A stretch of DNA of 32,273 nucleotides from Candidatus Woesearchaeota archaeon (GCA_964565435.1 CAZMEY010000002.1:1-32273), one strand, 5' to 3'. Shown: positions 23,023 to 31,220, counted from the stretch's first letter. The notes: a model not told the origin generated them from the letters alone. Numbers and translations are program-made.

Positions 23023-23265
23023 ATGATTAAGGTAATCAAAAAGGATGGTTCCTTGCAGGATTACAAAGAATTAAAGATTGTGAAAGCGTGCGTTGGCGCT
23101 GGCTCTCCTTTGCCTATTTCAAAAGTTGTGGCAAAGATGGTTTCTGAAAAAGTGAAAGAAAAAAATAAAGTGAAGTCTTCAGAGATTAAGGCAATGGTTT
23201 TTGCAATCTTTAACAAGCTTGGCAAGGTTCCATCCAATTGGATAAAATTTAAAAAGAAAAAATAA
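23023..23265 (+). CDS. stand-alone ATP-cone domain protein
   Basis: 80 aa from ATG 23023. MIKVIKKDGSLQDYKELKIVKAC...SSEIKAMVF matches the ATP-cone start V.KRDG..e.fd..KI. The ORF-track TTG 22981 start adds a non-conserved leader. Confidence 0.55.
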   Translation: MIKVIKKDGSLQDYKELKIVKACVGAGSPLPISKVVAKMVSEKVKEKNKVKSSEIKAMVFAIFNKLGKVPSNWIKFKKKK

Positions 23266-23296
23266 TTAAATTATTTTTGAGGAATAATTATTTAAA

Positions 23297-23313
23297 TTTT
23301 TTTTAATTTTTTT
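23297..23313 (+). terminator. oligo-T terminator in a convergent spacer
   Basis: T8-aa-T7, 32 nt after the stop at 23265. The complementary strand offers tttattttt for the convergent 363-aa gene. Confidence 0.45.
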
Positions 23314-23327
23314 CAAAAATAAACTTA

Positions 23328-24419
23328 TTAATTAGAATTTTCATTCATTTGCTTATCAAGTTCATTTTTTACTTGAACAGTATAATTTCTTAAAATTTCA
23401 GGTAGTAATTTAAATTTTTTGCACATTTTTAATGAAATATCATCACCCATTTCATTAGAAAGATAATTTATTATTCCAAATGCTAAATTCCTTTTTAGAG
23501 GGATTACATTTTCAATATTTGAATATAATGATTTTGCTGCAAATGATAAATCAATATTCAAATTCAAATCTTTTACAATTTTATCAATACTATTTGAATA
23601 CAATTGCTCTGCATTTTCAAGCATTGATTGTGTAATATTAATATCATTTTTTTCAAAGATATAATCAACTTTTTTGGTATAATATTTTTTTAGACCTACT
23701 GGGCACTGATGATTTAATCTGCAAGTTTTAAGTATTCCTGCACTTATTAAATCAAAAACAGTTAATGAATGATTATCACTTATATTTTTAAATGAAAATA
23801 CAGTTTCTAAAACTTCATTAATTAGTTTGGGTATAACTTCAAGAGCATAACCTAATTGTGATAAATTATAAAAAATAATAGGTTTAAATTGATGGTCATT
23901 AACATTGAATAAATTTTTGTTATAAAATATGTTTTCAATATGTTTATTTGCACCTAATTCGTCTAATTTTAATCCATGCTCATTTATTTGATTTTCATAA
24001 GGTTTAAGCCAAAATAGTTGATATAATGAAGGAGAATTTGGATTTTTCGCAAGAGTACATATCCTCTTTATATCTTCTAAAGAGTAAATTTCTTCAAAAA
24101 TAAAATCATATTTTCTTTTAAAATCAAATCCATTTTCTAGCAAATGAGAAATTTTAGTCATTGATTTTTCATTAGATTGAATAAGTTTACTAATTAAATC
24201 TTCTTTTTCAGAAAATCTTGATGAATAAAGCCTATCCTGATAAAAATATTCATCTTGTTTTTTATTTAAAAAATCATAAGCGTGTTGATGTATTTGAGTT
24301 AAATTTTTTATTTTACTTTCTATTTTATTATCTTCAAGGAAATAATCTGAAAAAACAGGCAAACTAAGTACAGAATTCTCTTTATAGGGATTAAAAATCT
24401 TAAATTCTGTTATTCTCAT
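23328..24419 (-). CDS. hypothetical 363-aa protein, strongly AT-rich orphan
   Basis: Long uninterrupted ORF with its own TATA-like box. No motif recognised. Hand count of 13 G+C in the 60-nt line 23341-23400. Confidence 0.6.
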   Translation of the reverse strand: MRITEFKIFNPYKENSVLSLPVFSDYFLEDNKIESKIKNLTQIHQHAYDFLNKKQDEYFYQDRLYSSRFSEKEDLISKLIQSNEKSMTKISHLLENGFDFKRKYDFIFEEIYSLEDIKRICTLAKNPNSPSLYQLFWLKPYENQINEHGLKLDELGANKHIENIFYNKNLFNVNDHQFKPIIFYNLSQLGYALEVIPKLINEVLETVFSFKNISDNHSLTVFDLISAGILKTCRLNHQCPVGLKKYYTKKVDYIFEKNDINITQSMLENAEQLYSNSIDKIVKDLNLNIDLSFAAKSLYSNIENVIPLKRNLAFGIINYLSNEMGDDISLKMCKKFKLLPEILRNYTVQVKNELDKQMNENSN

Positions 24420-24441
24420 AATAAAAATTACATAAATTTTA

Positions 24442-24451
24442 ATTTAAAAAA
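24442..24451 (-). promoter_or_regulatory. TATA-like box for the 363-aa gene
   Basis: The minus strand reads ttttttaaat, about 24 nt upstream of ATG 24419. Confidence 0.4.
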
Positions 24452-24461
24452 CATTCGATTA

Positions 24462-25142
24462 CTATTCCATTGCATAATTATATTCTTCTTTCCATGAAGC
24501 TCCGACTTCTGAATAGATAGTTTTTAATTTTTTTTTCACTTCTTTTAATTCGCCTAAAAATCCTTCCAAATCTCCATGGCTGCCATTTTTTATGGCTTGT
24601 TTAATAAACTCATAAAAGCTTTTGTCAGCATAAGTTGCTGTTAAGAGATAGTCTTTTTCGTCAAAGCCTTTTTTCCTAAACCATGTCTTTTTCTTAAAGC
24701 CTCCTGCGCCCACTTCTGACATGTGAAGCAATGCTTCCAATTTATCAAGAGCTTTGGCGTATTTTGCTTCAAGGCTTTCGCATTTTTCAAAGCTTTCCCA
24801 ATAAGCGCGCTTCTGCTCGTAAAGGCTTTTTGGAAGCATTTTGCGTATCTCTTCCCATGCTTCTAGCTCCTGGCTTTCTTTTTCATTTTCGCTGACTTTG
24901 CCATGAACTATTTTTCCCGCATCAATGTCCCCTTTAAGATATTCTCCCAAGTCATGGTTTTGCGCGATATCTTTAGCTAATCTAATATCTAGATTAAGAT
25001 TGTATTTAACAGCAAGGACTTCAGCCAATTCCACCATTGCAAAGCAATGACCTGCAAGCTTTTCCCTTAGGCATGGAAGCCTTGAGCTGTATCTTTCAGT
25101 ATTTTTTATAGATACAAGAGTTTTGCAATAATACTCGCTCAT
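24462..25142 (-). CDS. HD-domain phosphohydrolase, YfbR-like 5'-deoxynucleotidase family
   Basis: 226 aa. EKLAGHCFAMVELAEVLA ... AQNHDLGEYLKGDI ... EAKYAKALDKLEAL fits the H...HD..E..GD...D pattern of the HD_3/YfbR family. Confidence 0.7.
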   Translation of the reverse strand: MSEYYCKTLVSIKNTERYSSRLPCLREKLAGHCFAMVELAEVLAVKYNLNLDIRLAKDIAQNHDLGEYLKGDIDAGKIVHGKVSENEKESQELEAWEEIRKMLPKSLYEQKRAYWESFEKCESLEAKYAKALDKLEALLHMSEVGAGGFKKKTWFRKKGFDEKDYLLTATYADKSFYEFIKQAIKNGSHGDLEGFLGELKEVKKKLKTIYSEVGASWKEEYNYAME

Positions 25143-25165
25143 AATCTTTTGAAGCTTTTTTTTTA

Positions 25166-25173
25166 TTTAAAAA
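25166..25173 (-). promoter_or_regulatory. TATA-like box for the HD gene
   Basis: The minus strand reads tttttaaa, 24 nt upstream of ATG 25142. Confidence 0.4.
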
Positions 25174-25195
25174 TGTAATGATTTTTGCCGAAAGA

Positions 25196-25205
25196 TTTAT
25201 ATAAA
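25196..25205 (+). promoter_or_regulatory. TATA-like box for the 25226 gene
   Basis: tttatataaa ends 21 nt upstream of ATG 25226. Confidence 0.4.
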
Positions 25206-25225
25206 GAATTCTTTAATTTGTTAGC

Positions 25226-25561
25226 ATGGTTTTCAGGGATTATTTAGTCAGGTGCAAAAGGTGCAAAATACCTTATATTCCAAAAAATGTTTCAAGGATT
25301 AAAACCTGCATATTTTGCAGAAGGAACCCTGCCGAAAGCAAGGAAGAAAGGATTGAGGTTATAAAAGAGGATATTCAAAAATATTATGAAACACAAGGCT
25401 TAATGCCCACTGATTTAATAGTCAAGACTTGGATGAGGCTTAAGTTTGATTTGGCTGAAAAAAAAGCAGAAGAGCTGCTCAAATATTTGCAAAAGCAAAA
25501 TATTGTTTCTGTTGAGAAAAAGGCTAAATGTGCTGCTCCTGTAAGCGTGTTGAATGCTTAA
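25226..25561 (+). CDS. zinc-ribbon protein with a helical C-terminal domain
   Basis: 111 aa. CKRCKIPYIPKNVSRIKTCIFCRR (CxxC-x15-CxxC) followed by a helical, possibly winged-helix-like domain. Confidence 0.5.
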   Translation: MVFRDYLVRCKRCKIPYIPKNVSRIKTCIFCRRNPAESKEERIEVIKEDIQKYYETQGLMPTDLIVKTWMRLKFDLAEKKAEELLKYLQKQNIVSVEKKAKCAAPVSVLNA

Positions 25562-26070
25562 TTTTTGAAGTATTTTTGGTAAAACATATATCCTATTGTT
25601 AATGCATTCAATGCTAATAATGATGCAAAGAATATTTTGACTTTCTGGAATTCTTTAAAGCTCCATTCATCATTGGACACTAAATTTTTTATTTTCTTGC
25701 TGAAATTGCTTGCAGATTTTTGATAAAACAAATTTGGATTAGTTATTTCACATAGTTTTGTTATTTTTGTATCATAATAAATCAAATCATTTTTTGCCAA
25801 ATTATCCTTAACTTTTGCGAAATAAGGGGCTAAATCTTCATTATAAGGATTACTTATTTGGAAATAATTGCAGATTTTTGCATTGTTTTTGAAGCGCTGG
25901 TATTGGGAGAATTTTATGAAGTGGGAATCTTGGATTATTGCCCGGTCAATATTTAACAGTAAATCAAGGGAGAGGTTTTCTGCCAAACTATCCGCGTTTT
26001 TGGCGCTATCTATTCCCCTGCTTTTTGCGTCATTTAATATTATTTCTGCGCAATAAATTTCAATACCCAT
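25558..26070 (-). CDS. hypothetical tail-anchored membrane protein
   Basis: 170 aa. Soluble N-terminal part and a C-terminal TM (IFFASLLALNALTIGYMFY). Own TATA-like box. Confidence 0.5.
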   Translation of the reverse strand: MGIEIYCAEIILNDAKSRGIDSAKNADSLAENLSLDLLLNIDRAIIQDSHFIKFSQYQRFKNNAKICNYFQISNPYNEDLAPYFAKVKDNLAKNDLIYYDTKITKLCEITNPNLFYQKSASNFSKKIKNLVSNDEWSFKEFQKVKIFFASLLALNALTIGYMFYQKYFKN

Positions 26071-26093
26071 AGCTTCTTGGTTAATCTTTTTTG

Positions 26094-26101
26094 TTTAAAA
26101 A
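26094..26101 (-). promoter_or_regulatory. TATA-like box for the 170-aa gene
   Basis: The minus strand reads tttttaaa, 24 nt upstream of ATG 26070. Confidence 0.4.
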
Positions 26102-26126
26102 TTTTTTTAATGATTTAGCCTTATTT

Positions 26127-27806
26127 TTAGTATTTTTCAGGGTTTTCGCCAATAGCCATTATGCTGCAAGCCCTTTCATATTTTAGCCTTGTTTTTTCTA
26201 TCTCAGCAATCAATGCCTTGTCTGTTGAGCCAGGGTTAAAATAAACAGTTTTGGGGCTTGTTTTCACAATATCAATAAGGATGGATTTGGTTATTTCCGG
26301 GTTTGTGTAAACACTCACTATCTCAGGCTTTATGTTTAGCTGCGTTATTGATGTATGAGTTTTCAGGCCTTCAACAGAGGAGTAATTGGGGTTGATTGGA
26401 TAGACTTTGTAGCCTTTTTTTAAGTAAGCCCTTACTGCTTTATTACTCATCCTATCCTTATTGGGGCTTGCGCCTATTATTGCTATAGTTTTTGGCGAAT
26501 TTTTTTTGGTTATTGGCAATTTGATAATGAATGTTGTTCCTTGCTTTTCCTTACTTTCAAAAGATACATTTCCTCCAAGCTCTTCAATATTTATCCGAGT
26601 ATTATATAATCCTATTCCTGTGCCTTGGTAATTTCTTGAAAGGGATGAATCTGCTTGGTAAAATTTGGTGAAGATTCCGTCTTTTTTGGCTTCAGGTATA
26701 CCTATTCCAGTGTCAGACAATTTTAGTATTAGATTGTTTTTTTCTTTTTCCGCAGTGATTGTTATCTTGCCTTTGTCAGTGAATTTTATGGAGTTATTGA
26801 TTAAATTATGCAAAGCCCTTGAGACTTTTGTCCTATCGGAGTTTAGTGTAATCTTTTGAGGATTTTCATAGATTATTTTTAGCCCTTTGCTTTGGGCAAA
26901 TCCTTTCTCGGAATTAAGGGTTTCAGTTATTAGCTGGCTTATTTCAAAATCGGAATAATTATACCTCATTGTACCTCTTTCAATTCTGCTTATGTCAAGT
27001 ATTTCTTCAATCATTGCTAAAAGATTATTGGCGCTTTCTTTCATTGATTGGATTGCCTCTTTTTGCTTGTCATCCAGCTTGCCGAGTATCCCTTGCAAAA
27101 ATAGGTCAGAATAGCTTATTATAGGCACTAAAGGGCTTTTTAGCTCATGGCTTAATAGGCTTATAAAGTCATTCTTGACATCATCCAATTCCTTATAATA
27201 TAAGAATTGGTTTTTGAATTTTTCCTCGCTTTTTTTTAAGGCTATTTCAGCGTTTTTTTGCTCAGTTATATCCCTAACTATTGAGACTGCACCTATTAGG
27301 TTTTTCCCGTTTCTCAAAGCGGATGAATGTATCTCAAAATAAGCCTCTTTGCCGTTTAATTTAATAATATATTCCCTTACAAAATAATGCTTTCCTTTTG
27401 ACAACTCTTCAAAATCATTAGCCATGGATTTTTTGTCACTTTCTGAAAATAATTTAAAATCAATTATTTTTTTTCCCAAAATCTCCTCTTTTTTCAGCTT
27501 CAATAAATTTGACAGTCTATTGTTTATTTCAATTATTATGGATTCCGAATCCATTATGACTATTCCATCTCTTGATGATTCAAAGACTGTCGCCAGTTTC
27601 TCTTTGGATTCTTCAAGCGCGTTTTCAATTATTTTTTCATTGAATTTTACAAGGTTATTCATCTCTTCTTTGCTTTCTTTAAGCTTGTTTGCAATTAACT
27701 GCAGATTAGAATATATCTCAAAATCCCCTGATATTTTGGCTGTTTTGCCTTCTGCCAAACTCTTTATTAATTTGGCAATGTTTTCAAGCTCTTTTTGATA
27801 ATCCAA
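26127..27806 (-). CDS. cytoplasmic PAS sensor histidine kinase fused to a C-terminal CoA-binding (YccU-like) domain
   Basis: 559 aa. PAS (aa ~70-185), H box LLSHELKSPL (His220), N box HNLINNSIKFT, G1 DTGIGI, G2 GTGIGL. Then aa ~438-559 read KTIAIIGASPNKDRMSNKAVRAYLKKGYKVYPINPNY...VYFNPG in the same frame. Confidence 0.85.
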   Translation of the reverse strand: MDYQKELENIAKLIKSLAEGKTAKISGDFEIYSNLQLIANKLKESKEEMNNLVKFNEKIIENALEESKEKLATVFESSRDGIVIMDSESIIIEINNRLSNLLKLKKEEILGKKIIDFKLFSESDKKSMANDFEELSKGKHYFVREYIIKLNGKEAYFEIHSSALRNGKNLIGAVSIVRDITEQKNAEIALKKSEEKFKNQFLYYKELDDVKNDFISLLSHELKSPLVPIISYSDLFLQGILGKLDDKQKEAIQSMKESANNLLAMIEEILDISRIERGTMRYNYSDFEISQLITETLNSEKGFAQSKGLKIIYENPQKITLNSDRTKVSRALHNLINNSIKFTDKGKITITAEKEKNNLILKLSDTGIGIPEAKKDGIFTKFYQADSSLSRNYQGTGIGLYNTRINIEELGGNVSFESKEKQGTTFIIKLPITKKNSPKTIAIIGASPNKDRMSNKAVRAYLKKGYKVYPINPNYSSVEGLKTHTSITQLNIKPEIVSVYTNPEITKSILIDIVKTSPKTVYFNPGSTDKALIAEIEKTRLKYERACSIMAIGENPEKY

Positions 27807-27807
27807 G

Positions 27808-28203
27808 TTAATAACCTTTTATCCTGCTTTCATTAGGCGATGATAATAATTTATTGATTGTTTGCTCAAGCTTTGCGTAATCAAAAGGCTTTGTCATGAA
27901 TTCATTGCCCCCTGCATCAAATCCTGTAACCAAGTCATTACTTGAATCCCTTACAGTCAAAAAAAGTATTGGCACTGTCTTTGTTATGCTTTTCCTTATC
28001 TCCTTTGTGGCGGAATAGCCGTCCATTTCAGGCATCATTACATCCATTAATATCAAATCAGGAAGTTTTGGTAGCCTTTTAAGCAATAAGACTGCCTTTT
28101 TTCCGTTATCGCAGGTCATCACATTGTGCTTTTTTGATTTTAGAAAGATTTCAAGGACTTCCCTTATTTTATCATCATCATCAACAATCAATATATCTGC
28201 CAT
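27808..28203 (-). CDS. stand-alone response regulator receiver (CheY-like)
   Basis: 131 aa. ILIVDDDD, LILMDVMMPEMDG (phospho-acceptor Asp), LFLTVRD and TKPF. The stop lies 1 nt before the kinase ATG. Confidence 0.88.
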   Translation of the reverse strand: MADILIVDDDDKIREVLEIFLKSKKHNVMTCDNGKKAVLLLKRLPKLPDLILMDVMMPEMDGYSATKEIRKSITKTVPILFLTVRDSSNDLVTGFDAGGNEFMTKPFDYAKLEQTINKLLSSPNESRIKGY

Positions 28204-28231
28204 TACAAAATAAAAAACAATTTTCCATAGC

Positions 28232-28238
28232 TTTTATA
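28232..28238 (-). promoter_or_regulatory. TATA-like box for the receiver-kinase operon
   Basis: The minus strand reads tataaaa, 29 nt upstream of ATG 28203. Confidence 0.35.
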
Positions 28239-28262
28239 GTTTTTTATTGATAATAAAAAATT

Positions 28263-28270
28263 TTTTAAAT
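28263..28270 (+). promoter_or_regulatory. TATA-like box for the 28292 gene
   Basis: ttttaaat ends 22 nt upstream of ATG 28292. Confidence 0.4.
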
Positions 28271-28291
28271 ATAAATGCATAATTTATTAAT

Positions 28292-29515
28292 ATGTTAAAA
28301 GAATCTATTGAGATTATTAAATTGACTCCTGATAATATTGAGTTCCATTCAGAAGATGTTGCTGGAATTTATAAGGCAGGATATTTTTACAATGAGAGCA
28401 CTGGCAGGGGATTTTACCCCCATGATTTTGTTTATTCAAAAAAAGGCATTGAATCTGCAATAAATAGTTATCCTGATTCAATTTATTGGGACTATATCAA
28501 AAAGGATGGGAAGCCCTTATGCGCAATAATGAATTATTTGGAAAATAATGAGCTTGAAATGATGGCTCTTGTAAATACTCCTGAAATGAGAAATCAGGGA
28601 AATTATCTTATATTCATGTGCAATTATTTAAATGAGTCTGTTCTTGGCTTTTTGAATAACCCTAAAATTCATAGGATTCTTGCAGAGCCCCAAATAGTTT
28701 CGCCATCAGTTTCTGCTCATTTGATTGGCGCTAATGCTCTTCCAGTTGGGTATGCCCCTTTTATGAGGAATGTAAAAAATCCTGCTTTTCCTCAGATAAA
28801 CTCTGTTGATTTGGGAGTCTATATACTTGACAGGGACAGCTATTGCAGAAAAGATAAAATAACCTCCATTGATGAAAGAATCCCGAGAAGTGGAAATTTT
28901 TCGCTTTCAAAAGTTGCTCCATTATGCGAGCTGATTTCGTCTTTTGCAGGGATTAATGCTCCTATAATAAAAAATCCTGAAAGAATAAAAAGCAATAAAG
29001 TTAATGTTGAAGTATTGCCTGAAGAAAATATTGAATCCCTTTTTATGCAAAAAAAACAGGTTTTTAAGATTGATGAAAATGATTATGCGTTTGCATTCTC
29101 TCATATTAATGACAATTCCGCTTATTTTGATTTTTCGCAATGCAGCAATCATGGGTTTGAAAGCATTTTGAAATCAATGATTAATGAGCATAAATCCAAA
29201 AGAATGGTTTTTACTAAGATGGAGCAAAGTGAGGAAAAGCTTTATCAGCAAAAGATTCTCATTGAAAAGGGTTTTTACCCAATTAGTTTTATTCCTGGGG
29301 GTTCTGGCAACGGAAAGGATTCGGTTACTTTTGTAAAAAATAAAAGTTCATTAAAAGAGAGGATAATATCCAAAAAAATAATCCAAAGGCATGATTATAA
29401 GTTGAGAAATATTTATGAAACTAAAGTGCTTGAAGGATTTGACGGGTATGACGGCGGCAATTTCATAAATAGATTGGAGCAGCACAAAAGGATTAGGAAT
29501 TTGGTTTTAAAGTAA
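28292..29515 (+). CDS. hypothetical protein, possible tandem GNAT-like acyltransferase fold
   Basis: 407 aa. LEMMALVNTPEMRNQGNYLIFMCNYL resembles GNAT motif A (V.P..RgqG). It is followed by AHLIGANALPVGYAPF. The second half ends with a similar KGFYPISFIPGG element. Assignment is by eye only. Confidence 0.35.
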   Translation: MLKESIEIIKLTPDNIEFHSEDVAGIYKAGYFYNESTGRGFYPHDFVYSKKGIESAINSYPDSIYWDYIKKDGKPLCAIMNYLENNELEMMALVNTPEMRNQGNYLIFMCNYLNESVLGFLNNPKIHRILAEPQIVSPSVSAHLIGANALPVGYAPFMRNVKNPAFPQINSVDLGVYILDRDSYCRKDKITSIDERIPRSGNFSLSKVAPLCELISSFAGINAPIIKNPERIKSNKVNVEVLPEENIESLFMQKKQVFKIDENDYAFAFSHINDNSAYFDFSQCSNHGFESILKSMINEHKSKRMVFTKMEQSEEKLYQQKILIEKGFYPISFIPGGSGNGKDSVTFVKNKSSLKERIISKKIIQRHDYKLRNIYETKVLEGFDGYDGGNFINRLEQHKRIRNLVLK

Positions 29516-29558
29516 TTCCAATAAGTTTTTAATATATCCTTACTTTTTTTAAAAAAAT

Positions 29559-30080
29559 ATGGATTTGGATATTTTCAACAAAATTATAAGCCTTGATTTT
29601 TTTTTAGATGCAGCAATATCTTTTTTAAAAAAAAACCATAAAGAATTCCAGAAATCTAGGATGATGAGGGTTGAAACTTTTAATTTAATACAAGAAACAT
29701 TGGAAAAATATACTGGAAAAGCTGCGTTATTGCTCCTTTCACGATTAGGGGAATTAAATGCCGAGATTATAATAAAAGATAAAAAAATGGGTGGAAAAAC
29801 GCAAAAAATTGTAGATAATGCTGCTGATTTTATTATGAAAAGAAAATGGATAAAAATCAAAAAAAAGGAATTTTTTAAGGATTCAATCACTTTGAAAGCT
29901 GAATGGACTTTTCAATCAAAAAGCCATTCAAAATCAAAATACCCTGTTTGCAGTTTTATTGAGGGCTTTTTACAAAAAATAGCCAGTTCTTCAAATGAAA
30001 AAAAAGAGTTTTTATGCAAAGAAACAAAATGCATTTCAAGAGGTGATGATTGCTGTGAATTTAAAATCAGACAAAAATAA
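29559..30080 (+). CDS. V4R (4-vinyl reductase) domain protein
   Basis: 173 aa. The C-terminal YPVCSFIEGFLQKIASS...FLCKETKCISRGDDCCEFKI matches the V4R signature pvC.f..G.l.G....v.E..C.a.Gd..C.F.i. Confidence 0.6.
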   Translation: MDLDIFNKIISLDFFLDAAISFLKKNHKEFQKSRMMRVETFNLIQETLEKYTGKAALLLLSRLGELNAEIIIKDKKMGGKTQKIVDNAADFIMKRKWIKIKKKEFFKDSITLKAEWTFQSKSHSKSKYPVCSFIEGFLQKIASSSNEKKEFLCKETKCISRGDDCCEFKIRQK

Positions 30081-30531
30081 TAAGGATTATGGAACAATCA
30101 TTTTACCTACCCAAATAATTGAAATTTTGAATAAGGAACTTACTAGGATTGTTGGAGAAGGCGCAACATGCGATCTTAATTATGAGCAGGGCAAAAAAAT
30201 AGGTGAATCATTGGTGCATGGAAATTTTAGGAATGATTCCAAAGATATAAAAAGGTATTTGGAAAAATTAATTTTGATAGGGTATTATTCTGGAGTAAAT
30301 TCCAAGGATACAATTATAAAATCCGTTTCCAAGGATAAAATAATCATCAGTGGCAAAAGCAAATTCAACCAAAAAAATGAAGAATCCAATACTCCTCCAA
30401 TGAAATCATTTGTGGTTGGGGAACTGGTGGGTTTTATAGAGGGATTGACTAAAAAAAAATGGGTTGGAAAATATTCAAAACAGGTAAAAAGCGATAATGC
30501 TGTTGAATTCATTATTGAAAGGATTATTTAA
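30046..30531 (+). CDS. V4R-like protein lacking the conserved cysteines
   Basis: About 161 aa from ATG 30046 (the start is uncertain; the ORF track opens at 29995). ILPTQIIEILNKELTRIVGEGATCDLNYEQGKKIGESL and PMKSFVVGELVGFIEGLT parallel V4R segments, but the C-terminal Cys cluster is absent. Confidence 0.45.
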   Translation: MIAVNLKSDKNNKDYGTIILPTQIIEILNKELTRIVGEGATCDLNYEQGKKIGESLVHGNFRNDSKDIKRYLEKLILIGYYSGVNSKDTIIKSVSKDKIIISGKSKFNQKNEESNTPPMKSFVVGELVGFIEGLTKKKWVGKYSKQVKSDNAVEFIIERII

Positions 30532-31195
30532 TTTTTTTTATTGCAGCATTTACAAGCACATCTATTGTGTCAATTTTTGGTATTTCATAGTCATCTTTTA
30601 GCATTGCTGCAAATTCAGTGCATCCAAGCAATACTCTTTCGGCTCCACAAGACAGGTATTTATTGCATAAAGATTTTAATTCCTTTATTTGGGTTTCTTT
30701 TTCAATTCCATTATTGAAATTGAATATTATATTTTCAAGCATTTCAATCTCTGAATCCTTTGGCAAAATGCAGTCAATTCCATCAAAGCAATACAATCCT
30801 TTTCTTATTGTGCTGGGAGTCCCTATTATTAATATTGATTTGATATTGTTTTCCGACAATTCGTTTTTTACTTCTTTTTGCAAATCAATTATTGGAATAT
30901 TCACTTTGGTGGATAGGCAATCATAATATAAATGGATTGTATTGCACACCATTACAATGAAATCTGAGCCAAAATATTCTAATTCCTTTATTCCTTTAAT
31001 ATAAGGCTCAAGTTCATAAGATTTTATGGTTTCATGGATTAATTCGGGAGCAGGTATGCTGTTGATGATTATTTGAGGATAATCTTTGTTGCTTTTTATG
31101 TATTTTAGATTTTGGAGCTTTTTTATTAGTTTATCATAGAATATTGCTGATGCTTCGGGGCCTATTCCACCCAAAACACCTATTTTTTTATTCAT
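30524..31195 (-). CDS. aspartate racemase (Asp/Glu/hydantoin racemase family)
   Basis: 223 aa. KIGVLGGIGPEAS, catalytic Cys motifs IVMVCNTIH and LLGCTEF. Confidence 0.75.
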   Translation of the reverse strand: MNKKIGVLGGIGPEASAIFYDKLIKKLQNLKYIKSNKDYPQIIINSIPAPELIHETIKSYELEPYIKGIKELEYFGSDFIVMVCNTIHLYYDCLSTKVNIPIIDLQKEVKNELSENNIKSILIIGTPSTIRKGLYCFDGIDCILPKDSEIEMLENIIFNFNNGIEKETQIKELKSLCNKYLSCGAERVLLGCTEFAAMLKDDYEIPKIDTIDVLVNAAIKKIK

Positions 31196-31220
31196 TGATA
31201 ATTTATTAAAAAGTATTTTA

